Source of the DNA: Thermoproteota archaeon
GTDB lineage: Archaea > Korarchaeota > Korarchaeia > Korarchaeales > JAOZGB01
Direction of reading: 5' to 3'
Length of the DNA: 64,000 bases
Assembly: GCA_037917685.1 (NCBI GenBank)
Contig: JAVCBU010000012.1
Coordinates: 352,001 to 416,000 of the forward strand
The position numbers and the translations under genes are program-made. The first letter of the stretch is position 1. Each line of letters opens with the position of its first letter. Shown one piece after another: positions 17,353-27,789 of the stretch. The notes under the pieces were generated by a model. The model ran no database searches. It was not told the origin of the DNA and saw only the letters and a program-made list of their open reading frames with translations.

Positions 17353-18000
17353 GTCTTTAATTATCTGTTTACCCACAGAAAAACAGGTAGGACTATCGAA
17401 CTGAAGTGTATCGAATCTCAAAAATTTTTCTAAAGGGACTATCGGCACTCCCTTTGCATTATCCATGTTATAGACCGATAAAATTACAGGATATAATCTA
17501 AAGTGGTTTCCAGCGTATAAATTTGATAAGGCTTTAGCCCTTTCCTCTTGTTTTTCAGCGGCCTGTTTCAACTTGTATTTTCCTTTATGAAACCATTGCT
17601 TACAGTCTATTATATACATGTAGCGGAATTTCCATGCTATAAGGTCTACTTCATATCTTTTCTCACGGTATTTAAATCTAAAATTGAGAACAGTATTGAA
17701 GCCATTTTCAATTAGTATTAATGATGCTAACTTTTCGAATTCGCCCCATGTCAACCACCATGAAGCTTCGTATATGTCTAAGCCTAACTCAACCATGGTA
17801 AGCACAAGTCGAACTATATCTACAACTTTAACGTTATCCCCTACTATTTTTATACATCCATGCTGTAACAATAATTCAATCATATTCGTATCTTCTGGCG
17901 ACTTTACTATGGATGCTAAGGGTATCCATCTACCCCTATCGGCAATCAATTTTCCTAAGAGTACTTTTACTCTGCTATTTACACCATGTATGTTGCCCAC
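17260..18000 (-). CDS. PD-(D/E)xK restriction-endonuclease-like (Mrr/NERD-type) protein
   Basis: WGEFEKL...NGF, EVDLIA, IIDCKQW catalytic pattern. Confidence 0.7.
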   Translation of the reverse strand: MGNIHGVNSRVKVLLGKLIADRGRWIPLASIVKSPEDTNMIELLLQHGCIKIVGDNVKVVDIVRLVLTMVELGLDIYEASWWLTWGEFEKLASLILIENGFNTVLNFRFKYREKRYEVDLIAWKFRYMYIIDCKQWFHKGKYKLKQAAEKQEERAKALSNLYAGNHFRLYPVILSVYNMDNAKGVPIVPLEKFLRFDTLQFDSPTCFSVGKQIIKDLENREENNFRVRLGNIDCKHVNWSPRGNPI

Positions 18001-18410
18001 CCTTCTCTACTATGAGGTTTGATCTCTTTTCGTGGGGGGATACCAATCTGAGGAAGTGGAGGGGGAACACCGATACTTCTGGATATTAACACCGCTTCAG
18101 CAGTCGCTGCATTGATAACGGCAGCTATTATCCTTCTATCGGGAGTTTTCCTCTGCTTTTTCTCTTCGATCAACTTCTGAATCTCCTTTTCTTCTCCCTC
18201 AACAGTTACGGTGCCTTTTACTGTGATTTGCGCAATTGATGGTGTATAGTTTACGACATACACAAAAGGTATATCTACCCTGTTTTTACCTTTCTCTTCT
18301 AGACCCAAAATATTCGCGTTAACGGTTATTTTACCCTCTGCGGGGAATTCATTTGGCTTTGGGAAGAGTCTCTCCCCTGAAAGATGGGTTATGAAAATTT
18401 TAAGTTTCAT
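17979..18410 (-). CDS. Conserved archaeal hypothetical protein (possible SecB-like fold)
   Basis: PFVYVVNYTPSIAQITVKG and IGVPPPLP patterns; coding-like composition. Confidence 0.55.
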   Translation of the reverse strand: MKLKIFITHLSGERLFPKPNEFPAEGKITVNANILGLEEKGKNRVDIPFVYVVNYTPSIAQITVKGTVTVEGEEKEIQKLIEEKKQRKTPDRRIIAAVINAATAEAVLISRSIGVPPPLPQIGIPPRKEIKPHSREGWATYMV

Positions 18411-18493
18411 TAAGTAAAATACACCACGGTAAATAATAAAAGATTGAGATGAGATTAACCTTTAAAACGTGTATAATATAGGAAGGTGGCAAT

Positions 18494-20893
18494 ATGAAGA
18501 ATACAGCTCTAATACTATGGTTTGAGGAGACTGGGAAAGAAGATACAGCCTTAGTTGGTGGAAAGTCAGCGAATCTCGGTGAAATGTTGAAATCTGGATT
18601 CCCGGTTCCACCTGGATTCTCTGTGACCGCCTACGCCTACAAGAAATTCATAGAAGACACCGGAATAAAGGATGAGATATTTCAGATACTAAGCGAGAAC
18701 ATACGACAGGGTAAGCCTGAGGAATACGAAAAAGCATCCAAGACAATAAGAGAGCTCATAGAAACTACAGACATGCCGACAGAAATAAGAGACGAGATCG
18801 TTAGGGCTTACAGACAGCTCAGCAATAGAGTCGAGGTCCCTAACGTTCCTGTTGCAGTTAGGTCTTCCGCAACCGCCGAGGACTTGCCTGGCGCAAGCTT
18901 CGCCGGGCAACAAGAGACATACCTGAACGTTAGAGGGATAGACGAACTTATAGAAACAGTTAAGAAGTGTTGGTCAAGCCTTTTTACACCCAGAGCCATA
19001 TTTTACAGGGATCAGAAGGGATTCGAGCATGAAAAGGTATATTTAAGCGTAGCCATCCAGAAAATGGTGAACTCAAAAGCAGCGGGTGTAATGTTCACGC
19101 TGAACCCGGTCACAGGGGATAGAAATCAGATAGTAATCGAGGCAAGCTGGGGCCTTGGTGAAACAGTCGTCGGTGGGAAAGTAACCCCTGATAGGTACAT
19201 AGTAGACAAAGAAACACTTACTATTATAGATAAGGAGATTGCTGAGAAAACCATTGCCTATGAGAGAGACCCAATAACCGGAAAAACGGTCAAGGTATCA
19301 GTGCCTCCTGAGAAAGCAAATGCACCATGCCTAACAGATCAGGAAATATTAAGGCTTGCGGAACTTGCTAAAAAAATCGAGGAACATTATGGCACGCCAC
19401 AGGATATAGAATTCGCAATAGATAGAGACATGGAGTTCCCGGAGAACATATTCATCGTACAGTCTAGGCCTGAAACAGTTTGGAGCCAGCGTAAGCCTCC
19501 TAAAGCGGAGGAAAAACCAATTACGGTAAGTGAAATGAAAGTAACAATTAAGGGGCTTCCAGCCAGTCCTGGAATAGCATGGGGGAAGGCTAAAGTGGTG
19601 CTCTCCCCCGAAGAAGCTGCTGAAAGATTGAAAGAAAAGGATATACTAGTAACAACAATGACCAATCCAGACTGGGTTCCATATATGAAGAAAGCCTCCG
19701 CTATAGTGACAGACGAGGGAGGAATGACATGCCATGCAGCTATTGTTAGCAGAGAACTTGGAATACCATGTATTGTAGGAACCAAGAATGCAACAGAAGT
19801 GCTCCGTGATGGAGAAGAGTATACGGTGGACGCTAAGTCTGGAGTGGTATACGAAGGCTACGTCGAAGAGCTCGTAAAGCCGAAAGAGGAAGTAGCTGCA
19901 CCCGTGGCGAGGATATCCGAAAGACCGATAACTGCTACAAAGATTTATGTTAACCTTTCGCTACCTGAAATCGCTGAAAAGGTATTCAATGAAAGCCAGC
20001 CAGATGGCGTCGGATTGTTAAGAGCAGAGCACATGATGCTCTCGGTAGGTAAACATCCAAGATTGCTTATAGAAACAGGTGGAGAACAAGAGATGATCGA
20101 AAAATTTGCTGAGGGAATAAGGAGAGTAGCCGAAGTATTCTATCCAAGACCTGTAGTATACAGATTCCTTGATTTCAAACCAGATGAGTTCCTAACGTTG
20201 CCTGGCGGTGAAAAATATGAAAAGGAAGCTGGACATGTTGGTCCTAATCCTCTGATAGGATACCGAGGGTGCTACAGGTACATAAGGGAACCAGACATAT
20301 TTAGGCTAGAATGTAGAGCAATAAAGAAGGTTAGAGAAGAGTATGGTTTAAAAAACGTATGGGTAATGATACCATTCGTTAGAACCATAAGAGAGTTTAG
20401 AATAGCAAAGAGAATAATGGAGGAAGAAGGACTCATCAGAGATCCGGACTTTAAACTGTGGATCATGGTTGAAGTTCCAAGCACTGTAATCCTTATAGAT
20501 AAGTTCATAGAGGAGGGAATAGACGGAATCTCATTTGGTACCAATGATCTTACAATGTTAATAGCAGCAATAGACAGGAATGATGCGATGGTTCAAGGTG
20601 TCACCGATGAGAGGGACCTTGCAGTCCTTAGGGCTATGAGCCATGTCATTAGGGTCTGCCGCAAGCATGGTGTTACGACGAGCATATGTGGCCAAGCGCC
20701 TTCAAACTACCCAGAGGTAGTGGAATTTCTAGTTAGAGAGGGAGCGACCAGCATTTCGGTTAATCCCGACAAGGTCGAAGAGACGAGGAGACTGGTGGCT
20801 GAGATAGAAAGGAGAATCATGCTAGAAGCTGCAAGAGAGATGAAAAGATCTAAGCCTATATGGTCGCCTGAATGGTCGAAGGAACTGGAATAG
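18494..20893 (+). CDS. ppsA: Phosphoenolpyruvate synthase
   Basis: VGGKSANLGEM, AVRSSATAEDLPGASFAGQQ, GGMTCHAAIVSRE (phospho-His), SFGTNDL, SICGQAPS. Confidence 0.96.
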   Translation: MKNTALILWFEETGKEDTALVGGKSANLGEMLKSGFPVPPGFSVTAYAYKKFIEDTGIKDEIFQILSENIRQGKPEEYEKASKTIRELIETTDMPTEIRDEIVRAYRQLSNRVEVPNVPVAVRSSATAEDLPGASFAGQQETYLNVRGIDELIETVKKCWSSLFTPRAIFYRDQKGFEHEKVYLSVAIQKMVNSKAAGVMFTLNPVTGDRNQIVIEASWGLGETVVGGKVTPDRYIVDKETLTIIDKEIAEKTIAYERDPITGKTVKVSVPPEKANAPCLTDQEILRLAELAKKIEEHYGTPQDIEFAIDRDMEFPENIFIVQSRPETVWSQRKPPKAEEKPITVSEMKVTIKGLPASPGIAWGKAKVVLSPEEAAERLKEKDILVTTMTNPDWVPYMKKASAIVTDEGGMTCHAAIVSRELGIPCIVGTKNATEVLRDGEEYTVDAKSGVVYEGYVEELVKPKEEVAAPVARISERPITATKIYVNLSLPEIAEKVFNESQPDGVGLLRAEHMMLSVGKHPRLLIETGGEQEMIEKFAEGIRRVAEVFYPRPVVYRFLDFKPDEFLTLPGGEKYEKEAGHVGPNPLIGYRGCYRYIREPDIFRLECRAIKKVREEYGLKNVWVMIPFVRTIREFRIAKRIMEEEGLIRDPDFKLWIMVEVPSTVILIDKFIEEGIDGISFGTNDLTMLIAAIDRNDAMVQGVTDERDLAVLRAMSHVIRVCRKHGVTTSICGQAPSNYPEVVEFLVREGATSISVNPDKVEETRRLVAEIERRIMLEAAREMKRSKPIWSPEWSKELE

Positions 20894-21348
20894 GGCTTCT
20901 TCTTCCAAAGCACAAAAAATTGATAGAGTACATAGCAAAAAAGTACTGGTGGACAAACAAAATAGCTGAACTTGGAGTGGGGTTTTACCCTTTACCCTCT
21001 TGTTTGTTAGAGAAACTTACGAAGAAACAGATAATGGTAGTAGACAATAACAGGGAAGCCTTGGAGTACGCATTAAAGCACTGTCCGAATTTAGTGGCTG
21101 TCTACGATGACATTGTGAGGCCAAACCTGCAGATTTATCGGGGGGTGGAACTCCTATACTCTATAAGACCGAACGAAGAACTTGTTCCTTATATGGAAGA
21201 TTTAGCCTCTAAGATAAATACAGACTTAATAATTTCTCCCATGGAATATATCGACATGCCTGAGGAATGGAAAATGGTTAGATCGGAAGGATATGTATTT
21301 TACGTGAAGTCATTCTCTAACAATCCAAGTTCCAGTTTTCCCTTCTAA
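20872..21348 (+). CDS. UPF0146 family protein
   Basis: KIAELGVG, DDIVRPNLQIY, LLYSIRP. Confidence 0.75.
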   Translation: MVEGTGIGLLLPKHKKLIEYIAKKYWWTNKIAELGVGFYPLPSCLLEKLTKKQIMVVDNNREALEYALKHCPNLVAVYDDIVRPNLQIYRGVELLYSIRPNEELVPYMEDLASKINTDLIISPMEYIDMPEEWKMVRSEGYVFYVKSFSNNPSSSFPF

Positions 21349-22284
21349 TGCCTCCATAGCCCTATCAAGTGATGTTATAATTGCATATTTTCCCTTCGTT
21401 TTCTCGAGAAATCTTATACATGCCTTTACTTTAGGGCCCATGCTTCCTGGTAAAAAGTGTCCTTCTTCTAAGTATTTCTTTGCTTCATTTACCGTCATCC
21501 TATCGATATCCTTTTCATCGGGTTTACCATAATTAAGCTTAACCTTTTCCACGTCTGTCAGTATAAGGAATATGTCAGCATCGATTACCTCCGCCATTCT
21601 TTCTCCCGCTAAATCCTTGTCAATAACTGCTTCTACACCTTTCAAAAATCCGTTCTCTTCAATTACGGGTATTCCGCCTCCTCCCGAGGCGATTACAATT
21701 ACCCCGTTGTCTACAAGTATTTTAATAGGTTTCTGTTCAATAGTTTTAATCGGGTCAGGAGAGGGGACAACCCTTCTATACGGCTTGTTACCTGTAGGTT
21801 TAACTTTTCTGATGGTGTATCCTTTCTCCTTGACGAGACGCATAGCCGTCTCGTAATTGTAAAAAGGCCCCACAGGTTTATGTGGATCTTTAAAGTCTGG
21901 GTCGTCCTTGTTTACTAGAACCTGTGTGACAACTGTGGCGACAGGTATGTCTAAGCCTTCTTTCCTGAGTATGTTTAGGAGGGTTTGTTGAAGCATGTAT
22001 CCTATTTGACCCTGGGTCATAGCCCCACATACATCCATCGGCTGAGGTGGCACAATATTCTTTGCTTCTTCTTGTTGTATCAGTAGCGCACCGACTTGAG
22101 GCCCGTTCCCATGTGTTATAGCCACCTTATAACCTTTCTTAACTATCCTAACGATGCTCTTGCATGTTTTTCTTATATTTTTCATCTGCTCCTCGTATGT
22201 ACCTTTCTCATCTGCCTGTTTGATAGCATTTCCACCTAGGGCTATTAAAACTTTTTCTCCTGGCATATCGAACACCTTGGCCAT
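21310..22284 (-). CDS. arcC: Carbamate kinase
   Basis: IALGGNAI, THGNGPQVG, KPVGPFY, RRVVPSP, GGGGIPV, EAVIDKD, GSMGPK. Confidence 0.95.
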   Translation of the reverse strand: MAKVFDMPGEKVLIALGGNAIKQADEKGTYEEQMKNIRKTCKSIVRIVKKGYKVAITHGNGPQVGALLIQQEEAKNIVPPQPMDVCGAMTQGQIGYMLQQTLLNILRKEGLDIPVATVVTQVLVNKDDPDFKDPHKPVGPFYNYETAMRLVKEKGYTIRKVKPTGNKPYRRVVPSPDPIKTIEQKPIKILVDNGVIVIASGGGGIPVIEENGFLKGVEAVIDKDLAGERMAEVIDADIFLILTDVEKVKLNYGKPDEKDIDRMTVNEAKKYLEEGHFLPGSMGPKVKACIRFLEKTKGKYAIITSLDRAMEALEGKTGTWIVRE

Positions 22285-22369
22285 CTCTCATCCGTTAAAA
22301 AATTTAATCATTGTCCTCCGCTAAACAACTAGATTTATATGGAACATGGATTAACATTCATGAACCAAG

Positions 22370-23260
22370 TTGAAAATAGGGATTTTAGTTTCTAGCAAGA
22401 GAAGAAGGATATGGCCTGCTAAAGAGCTTAAAAAAACAGCATTGAATATGGGGTACAAGGCTGTAATTTTAGATCCAGCTGAACTGACTATAACTATTAA
22501 GGGAAGTCTAATTGATGTAACCCATAATAGAACAAGAAAAAGCTTAATAGGGGGGGATTCCGTTTTCTTGTTAAGAAGACCTGACTATGCTAATCCTGAA
22601 CTCTTATTTTATAGAATCGACGTTATAAGAGCACTAGAGCTTTCCGGAAAGACTGTAATAAACAAGATCGAAGCCTTTCTAAAGGCTGTAGATAAGATAA
22701 GAACATCTTTACTTCTAGCTAAGTATGGAATTCCAACACCTAACACAGTCGTATCTGAAGAGGAGCCCCCTGCTATGAGAGCACATATAGAATTTGGGCG
22801 GTCTGTTGTTAAGCCTATTTTCGGCTCTCAGGGTAAGGGATCAGTACTCATAGAAAATATAGATAGCGCATGGCGTGTATTTAGGCTGCATAGGTATTAC
22901 AGAGTTCCAATATATGTACAGTCGTTTGTTGAGCATAGAAACAGGGATATAAGGGTGTTTGTCCTAGGTGAAAGAATATTGTCAGCGATGTATAGGGTTT
23001 CAGACAGTTGGAAAACAAATATTTCTCAGGGGGCGAAGCCTATGCCTATAAAGCTGACCAGCGAACTTGAGGAGATAGCTTTGAAGTCGGCTAGGATAAT
23101 TGGAGCTGAAATAGCCGGAGTAGACATCGTAGAGAGTAAGGAGGGGCCTCTGGTTTTGGAGGTTAACGCGTGTCCAGAGTGGAGAGGGCTACAAAAAGTA
23201 ACTAAAGTAAATATTAGTGAGGAAATCATAAGATATGTTATCTCACAAGCTAAAAGATAG
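22370..23260 (+). CDS. RimK-family ATP-grasp alpha-L-glutamate ligase
   Basis: DKIRT, VVKPIFGSQGKG, DIRVFV, WKTNISQG, GVDI, LEVNACP. Confidence 0.85.
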   Translation: MKIGILVSSKRRRIWPAKELKKTALNMGYKAVILDPAELTITIKGSLIDVTHNRTRKSLIGGDSVFLLRRPDYANPELLFYRIDVIRALELSGKTVINKIEAFLKAVDKIRTSLLLAKYGIPTPNTVVSEEEPPAMRAHIEFGRSVVKPIFGSQGKGSVLIENIDSAWRVFRLHRYYRVPIYVQSFVEHRNRDIRVFVLGERILSAMYRVSDSWKTNISQGAKPMPIKLTSELEEIALKSARIIGAEIAGVDIVESKEGPLVLEVNACPEWRGLQKVTKVNISEEIIRYVISQAKR

Positions 23261-23938
23261 AAGAGAAATCTTTCTTTTAAGTATAAAGGTTAAAAAGCGG
23301 AAAGCATCTTTTACTGGGTTTATTTTCGAATCTTTTCTGTCATATATCGTCATGATTTCGACTTCCCTTATCCTCAGATTGTGTTTTTTAGCTTCTATAA
23401 GCAATTCGCTTTCGATATTAAACCTATTTTCCTCGAGTTTGAGTTTTGAGAATGCCTTAGGATTAATGGATCTATATCCACATTGGCTGTCTCTCACCTT
23501 CACATTAAACAGTAAGTCAAGTAAAAATGAGGTTAATTTATTACTTATAACCCTAAATATCGGCATACCCGCCTTTGTGGAGATATTCCTGTACCCGCAG
23601 ACGAGGTCAGCTTCCCTATTTATAATTGGATTTAACAGTTTTGGAATATCTTCAGGGCTATGCTGCCCATCAGCATCCATAAGAATAACTGCTTCAGCAT
23701 CAAATAGTTTGAGTATCTTTTCGAATCCTTTCCTTATAGCTGCACCTTTACCCATATTTTGACGATTAATAAATAGAAAAGCACCCCCTTCCAGTGCTTT
23801 TAAACCTGTTATATCCTTAGAGCCGTCATCTACAACCATAACATAAGTAACATATTTCAAAGCCCCTTCAACTACAGTATATACAGTGTTCTCCTCATTA
23901 TATGCGGGTACCAGGGCAACTGTCTCCATGCCAATCAA
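23243..23938 (-). CDS. GT2 glycosyltransferase (dolichol-phosphate sugar synthase-like)
   Basis: PAYNEE, VVDDGSKD, NMGKGAA, MDADGQH, DSQCGYR. Confidence 0.9.
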   Translation of the reverse strand: MIGMETVALVPAYNEENTVYTVVEGALKYVTYVMVVDDGSKDITGLKALEGGAFLFINRQNMGKGAAIRKGFEKILKLFDAEAVILMDADGQHSPEDIPKLLNPIINREADLVCGYRNISTKAGMPIFRVISNKLTSFLLDLLFNVKVRDSQCGYRSINPKAFSKLKLEENRFNIESELLIEAKKHNLRIREVEIMTIYDRKDSKINPVKDAFRFLTFILKRKISLLSFSL

Positions 23939-24007
23939 CTCCTCTACTAATAAGATCCAGAACTATAATGTTAAAAGCTTGCGTCCGCCAAGAAATATGG
24001 AAAGCAT

Positions 24008-25264
24008 ATGCATGAGTACAGAATCAAAGACATAAGAATGGCTGAGGAGGGTGAAAGACTTATCTATTGGGCTGAAAGACACATGCCTGTTCTAGAAATG
24101 ATAAAAGAAAAGTTCAAAGAAGAGAAGCCTCTCAACGGATTAAAAATAGCTGCTTGTTTGCATGTAACTAAAGAGACAGCTGTATTAATAAAGACACTCT
24201 TAGAAGGAGGTGCAACGGTATCCTTATCTGCGGCAAACCCACTTTCCACCCAAGATCCGGTGGCAGCTGCTCTAGCTTCTATAGGAGTTTATGTGTACGC
24301 ATGGAAAGGAGAGTCCACTGAAGAGTATTATGAAAACATCGATAGAGCTCTCAGCATTGAGCCTGATGTAGTTCTAGACGATGGGGGCGATCTTAACGTT
24401 AGAGTTCATAGTACTATGCCAGAATTGGCTGCTAAGATCATTGGGGGATGCGAGGAGACGACAACAGGAGTAATAAGAGCATTAGCTCTACAGAAAGACG
24501 GACTTTTAAAGTATCCTTTAATAGCTGTCAATGAGGCGACTACGAAATCTAGATTCGACAATGTCTATGGTACAGGACAAAGTACGATTGACGGTATTAT
24601 TAGAGCAACGAATGTATTATTTGCAGGGAAAACAGTTGTGGTTGCAGGATATGGAAGATGTGGATATGGAATTGCATGGAAAGCTAGAGGTCTCGGTGCA
24701 AACGTTGTTGTAACGGAAGTTGATCCTGTTAAAGCTCTAATGGCGGCCATGGATGGATTTAGAGTCCTACCTATGAAAGAAGCGTGTAAGATAGGTGACA
24801 TATTCATAACCGCAACTGGTAATAGAGATGTGATCAGAGGAGAGCATATTGCAATGATGAAAGAGGGAGCAATCCTCGCTAACGCCGGACATTTTAATGT
24901 AGAAATATCGGTTGATGATCTTAACAAGTTAGCAGTTGAGAAACGACGCATAAGACCTTATGTTGATGAGTATTTGCTTGAAAACGGGAGAAAGGTTTAT
25001 TTGCTTACTGAGGGAAGAGTTGTAAATCTAGTGGCTGCCGAAGGGCATCCAAGCGAGGTCATGGATATGAGTTTTTCAAACCAAGCCCTATGTGTAGAGT
25101 ACCTAGTGAAGAATCGTGGTACGTTAAGTGTAGGAGTTCATAAAGTTCCGGTTGAGGTTGATATGATGGTTGCGAAGTTGAAACTTCAAGCTATGAACAT
25201 TGTTATCGATAAACTTTCTGAAGAGCAGAGAGAATACCTTAAAAGCTGGGGCGTCGGAACATAA
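24008..25264 (+). CDS. ahcY: Adenosylhomocysteinase
   Basis: ACLHVTKETAVL, NPLSTQD, EETTTG, FDNVYGTGQS, GYGRCG, NAGHF, AEGHPSEVMD. Confidence 0.96.
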   Translation: MHEYRIKDIRMAEEGERLIYWAERHMPVLEMIKEKFKEEKPLNGLKIAACLHVTKETAVLIKTLLEGGATVSLSAANPLSTQDPVAAALASIGVYVYAWKGESTEEYYENIDRALSIEPDVVLDDGGDLNVRVHSTMPELAAKIIGGCEETTTGVIRALALQKDGLLKYPLIAVNEATTKSRFDNVYGTGQSTIDGIIRATNVLFAGKTVVVAGYGRCGYGIAWKARGLGANVVVTEVDPVKALMAAMDGFRVLPMKEACKIGDIFITATGNRDVIRGEHIAMMKEGAILANAGHFNVEISVDDLNKLAVEKRRIRPYVDEYLLENGRKVYLLTEGRVVNLVAAEGHPSEVMDMSFSNQALCVEYLVKNRGTLSVGVHKVPVEVDMMVAKLKLQAMNIVIDKLSEEQREYLKSWGVGT

Positions 25265-25279
25265 GTTTTACTTAAAGCA

Positions 25280-26062
25280 TTAATTAAGAAAATTTTCAAT
25301 TGATTTTTCAATTAATTTCCTACCATTTTCTGATCTGAATATTGGGGGCTCCCAATCTACTGTCAGTTTTCTCCGATAAGTTACAGCTTCCCTTTTCTCA
25401 AGAGGGTTGTAACCATGTTTTTCCTCGATGAGATATCTTATCAATATTCCCCTTCTCTGCCAAGTGGGTGTATTTGAAAGATTAATACCTGAAGTCTTGT
25501 ATACCAATTCATGTAGCTGGTCTGTTTTTAAGCCTTTAAGCATTCTTGAAGCTTCTTTAGGAGTATAACCTTTATCTATTAAAGTATAGTAGGCGTAGGA
25601 GTTGTTATGATTCCTCCAGGCTTCAGCCTGCCTAAATGTGAGATACGCTGGCAAAAGTTCCCTATTTAGGATTATCATTCTCGCATCAAATGATACGATC
25701 TTCTTTACCTCAAGTTTCTCCCTAAGTCCAAGAGAAAAGGTTGAGGATAGCACACCTGAAACTACAGAGATTATTTTTTCCACACGGCCGTTGAAAGGTA
25801 GCCTTAGAAGTAAAATGTTCACCTCATCCGAAAATATATATGCTAGGCATGGATTAAAGCCGCTTCTAAAAACTTCGACGGTAGCATTAACCATTAACTC
25901 TGCAAATCTTACATCATATGGTTTTCGAAAGCCACATTCACCTGTTAATCTGTGAAAATTGCGACCATCGCATCTTACTACATAAAATCCGTACCTAGGG
26001 AGTCTCAAACCACTAAAGATTTCATGCTCCTTCCACGGATAACCGACTGGTTCTGGTTCCAT
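25280..26062 (-). CDS. tRNA(His) guanylyltransferase Thg1-like protein
   Basis: RCDGRNFH, KPYD, FSDEVN, FNGRVEKI, FDAR, RQAEAWRN, WQRRG. Confidence 0.9.
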   Translation of the reverse strand: MEPEPVGYPWKEHEIFSGLRLPRYGFYVVRCDGRNFHRLTGECGFRKPYDVRFAELMVNATVEVFRSGFNPCLAYIFSDEVNILLLRLPFNGRVEKIISVVSGVLSSTFSLGLREKLEVKKIVSFDARMIILNRELLPAYLTFRQAEAWRNHNNSYAYYTLIDKGYTPKEASRMLKGLKTDQLHELVYKTSGINLSNTPTWQRRGILIRYLIEEKHGYNPLEKREAVTYRRKLTVDWEPPIFRSENGRKLIEKSIENFLN

Positions 26063-26063
26063 T

Positions 26064-27029
26064 TTAAATATAGTTGTTGATTGACTCTAATATATATCTT
26101 AGCGGGTTTTCCAAAATCCCTTTTAGATGCTGTGGGTCAAACTTGTGCTTTGCGGGTTCTCTAAGTATCTCTTTTATTTTGTCCATTTCTAGCCATATTG
26201 GAAATCCTTTAGAGATCAGATAATTTATTGACTTCTCCTCTAACCCTATATATATTGTGGGGGTTCCGCTTAAAGCTGAAGATCTCGCTATCAGAGGATC
26301 AGCTGTTATAGTCAAATCTGAGTAGGCTAATACTGAATATACATCGTATGTGTATTTCTTTTGAATCCTAACTCTTCTCCAGGCTATTAAACCTTGCTTA
26401 CTTGTCGAATCTATAAATATCTTCTCATATAGGCTGAAGTCTCCCATTATTTTCTTTAGTTTCGGGAATAACGTGGATGGCGAGATTGTTATGGTAATAT
26501 TTTCTGGATTTATCCCTAGCTGAGTTATTATTGTTGGACGCAGTTTCCTTTCCAAAATTAGCTCGGGTATGCCGTCATAGGCAATAATTTTTTCTTCAGC
26601 GATATTGAATTTTTCAATTATAGTTTTAAGATAGGATTTAGGTGATATTATCCTGTCGGAAAGGGGAAGTATCATCTTTAACCTTTTTTCAGGGTATCCT
26701 GGAATGAATATTGTTATTATTGGTATCGCTAAGCCGAAAGCTGTTCTAACGGATGAAGGCGAGCTAAAGGCAATGTGTACCTTAGGTTTCTCTCGGCTAA
26801 TTAGTGGTAGTAACTTTTGAACTATTTTTGCGTGTGCTTCTATACTCTTCCACGGGGGTTCATCTACTTCTGGGGGGACTCTGTAAGTCTTCCATCTGTT
26901 TAAAGCCCATATAACCGATTTTTTATTGTCTGCAGTTATAATTATACTCTCGCCTAGCTCTTTCTGCATGTAAAGTGTCATTAAGGCTTGGTGTATGTCA
27001 GAAACGTGTATCCATACTGGTCCTTTCAA
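26064..27029 (-). CDS. DUF354-like GT-B-fold protein (divergent)
   Basis: FSSPSSVRTAFGLAIP, YDGIPE and SALSGTPTI resemble DUF354. Confidence 0.55.
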   Translation of the reverse strand: MKGPVWIHVSDIHQALMTLYMQKELGESIIITADNKKSVIWALNRWKTYRVPPEVDEPPWKSIEAHAKIVQKLLPLISREKPKVHIAFSSPSSVRTAFGLAIPIITIFIPGYPEKRLKMILPLSDRIISPKSYLKTIIEKFNIAEEKIIAYDGIPELILERKLRPTIITQLGINPENITITISPSTLFPKLKKIMGDFSLYEKIFIDSTSKQGLIAWRRVRIQKKYTYDVYSVLAYSDLTITADPLIARSSALSGTPTIYIGLEEKSINYLISKGFPIWLEMDKIKEILREPAKHKFDPQHLKGILENPLRYILESINNYI

Positions 27030-27031
27030 GT

Positions 27032-27757
27032 TTACCCCACATATTCAGGTGGAGTCCTTGAAGATCTCACCATTGACACAATATCTAGCTCACGGATGTT
27101 TCTGTCCAGTGATGAAAAGTCTACACCTAGATTAAGCCACTTGTCAAGTAGATAGAGGATTTTTCTCGTTGCTCTAAGGTCATATACTTCGTTCTCTGTA
27201 ACTGCTGTAAGTGATACATGGCTTATTCCTCTCAACCTAGCTACCGCGAGTATTACTCCTGCAGCCCCGATTATTGATTCTACTATCCTCTCGTCTGTTG
27301 CACCAAGTTTTAACAAGTGTTCAACATACTTTGTTTCACCTGTCACTAAAACTTTGCCGGCAATATCGGGCTTGTAAAATCCGCTTAGACTAACTATTAA
27401 CCTACAGTTGTATCTTTCGAGAACCTCTACTAATTTATCTAATACTGTAAATTGCGCCCAGGGTGCAGGTTGAACACTGCTTGTAACTATTATGAGATTA
27501 TTCTTTTGTCTTTGAATAAGATACGCCTGTATAGAGGGTAGCTCTAAGAGGCCGTTTCCTCTCACTATCACTCCGAGGGATGATCCTGGCAGATATAGGT
27601 GTTCAGAGTATAAATCAAAGATTTTAACCGGTTTAAATACATCAATAAGGTATGTGGCTACGTTTCTTCCTACAGAACCTATGCCAGGGAATCCTAAGAC
27701 TGCTGTTGATTTGTCTACATCTATTTTTTCATACTGCTTTATATGTATCCAGCCCAA
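27032..27757 (-). CDS. PAC2-family proteasome assembly chaperone
   Basis: GFPGIGSVG, VQP, SLSGF, IIGAAG, C-terminal YVG (HbYX-like). Confidence 0.8.
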   Translation of the reverse strand: MGWIHIKQYEKIDVDKSTAVLGFPGIGSVGRNVATYLIDVFKPVKIFDLYSEHLYLPGSSLGVIVRGNGLLELPSIQAYLIQRQKNNLIIVTSSVQPAPWAQFTVLDKLVEVLERYNCRLIVSLSGFYKPDIAGKVLVTGETKYVEHLLKLGATDERIVESIIGAAGVILAVARLRGISHVSLTAVTENEVYDLRATRKILYLLDKWLNLGVDFSSLDRNIRELDIVSMVRSSRTPPEYVG

Positions 27758-27789
27758 AGTATCCCCCTAGTAATTGCCTATTGTTAGTA

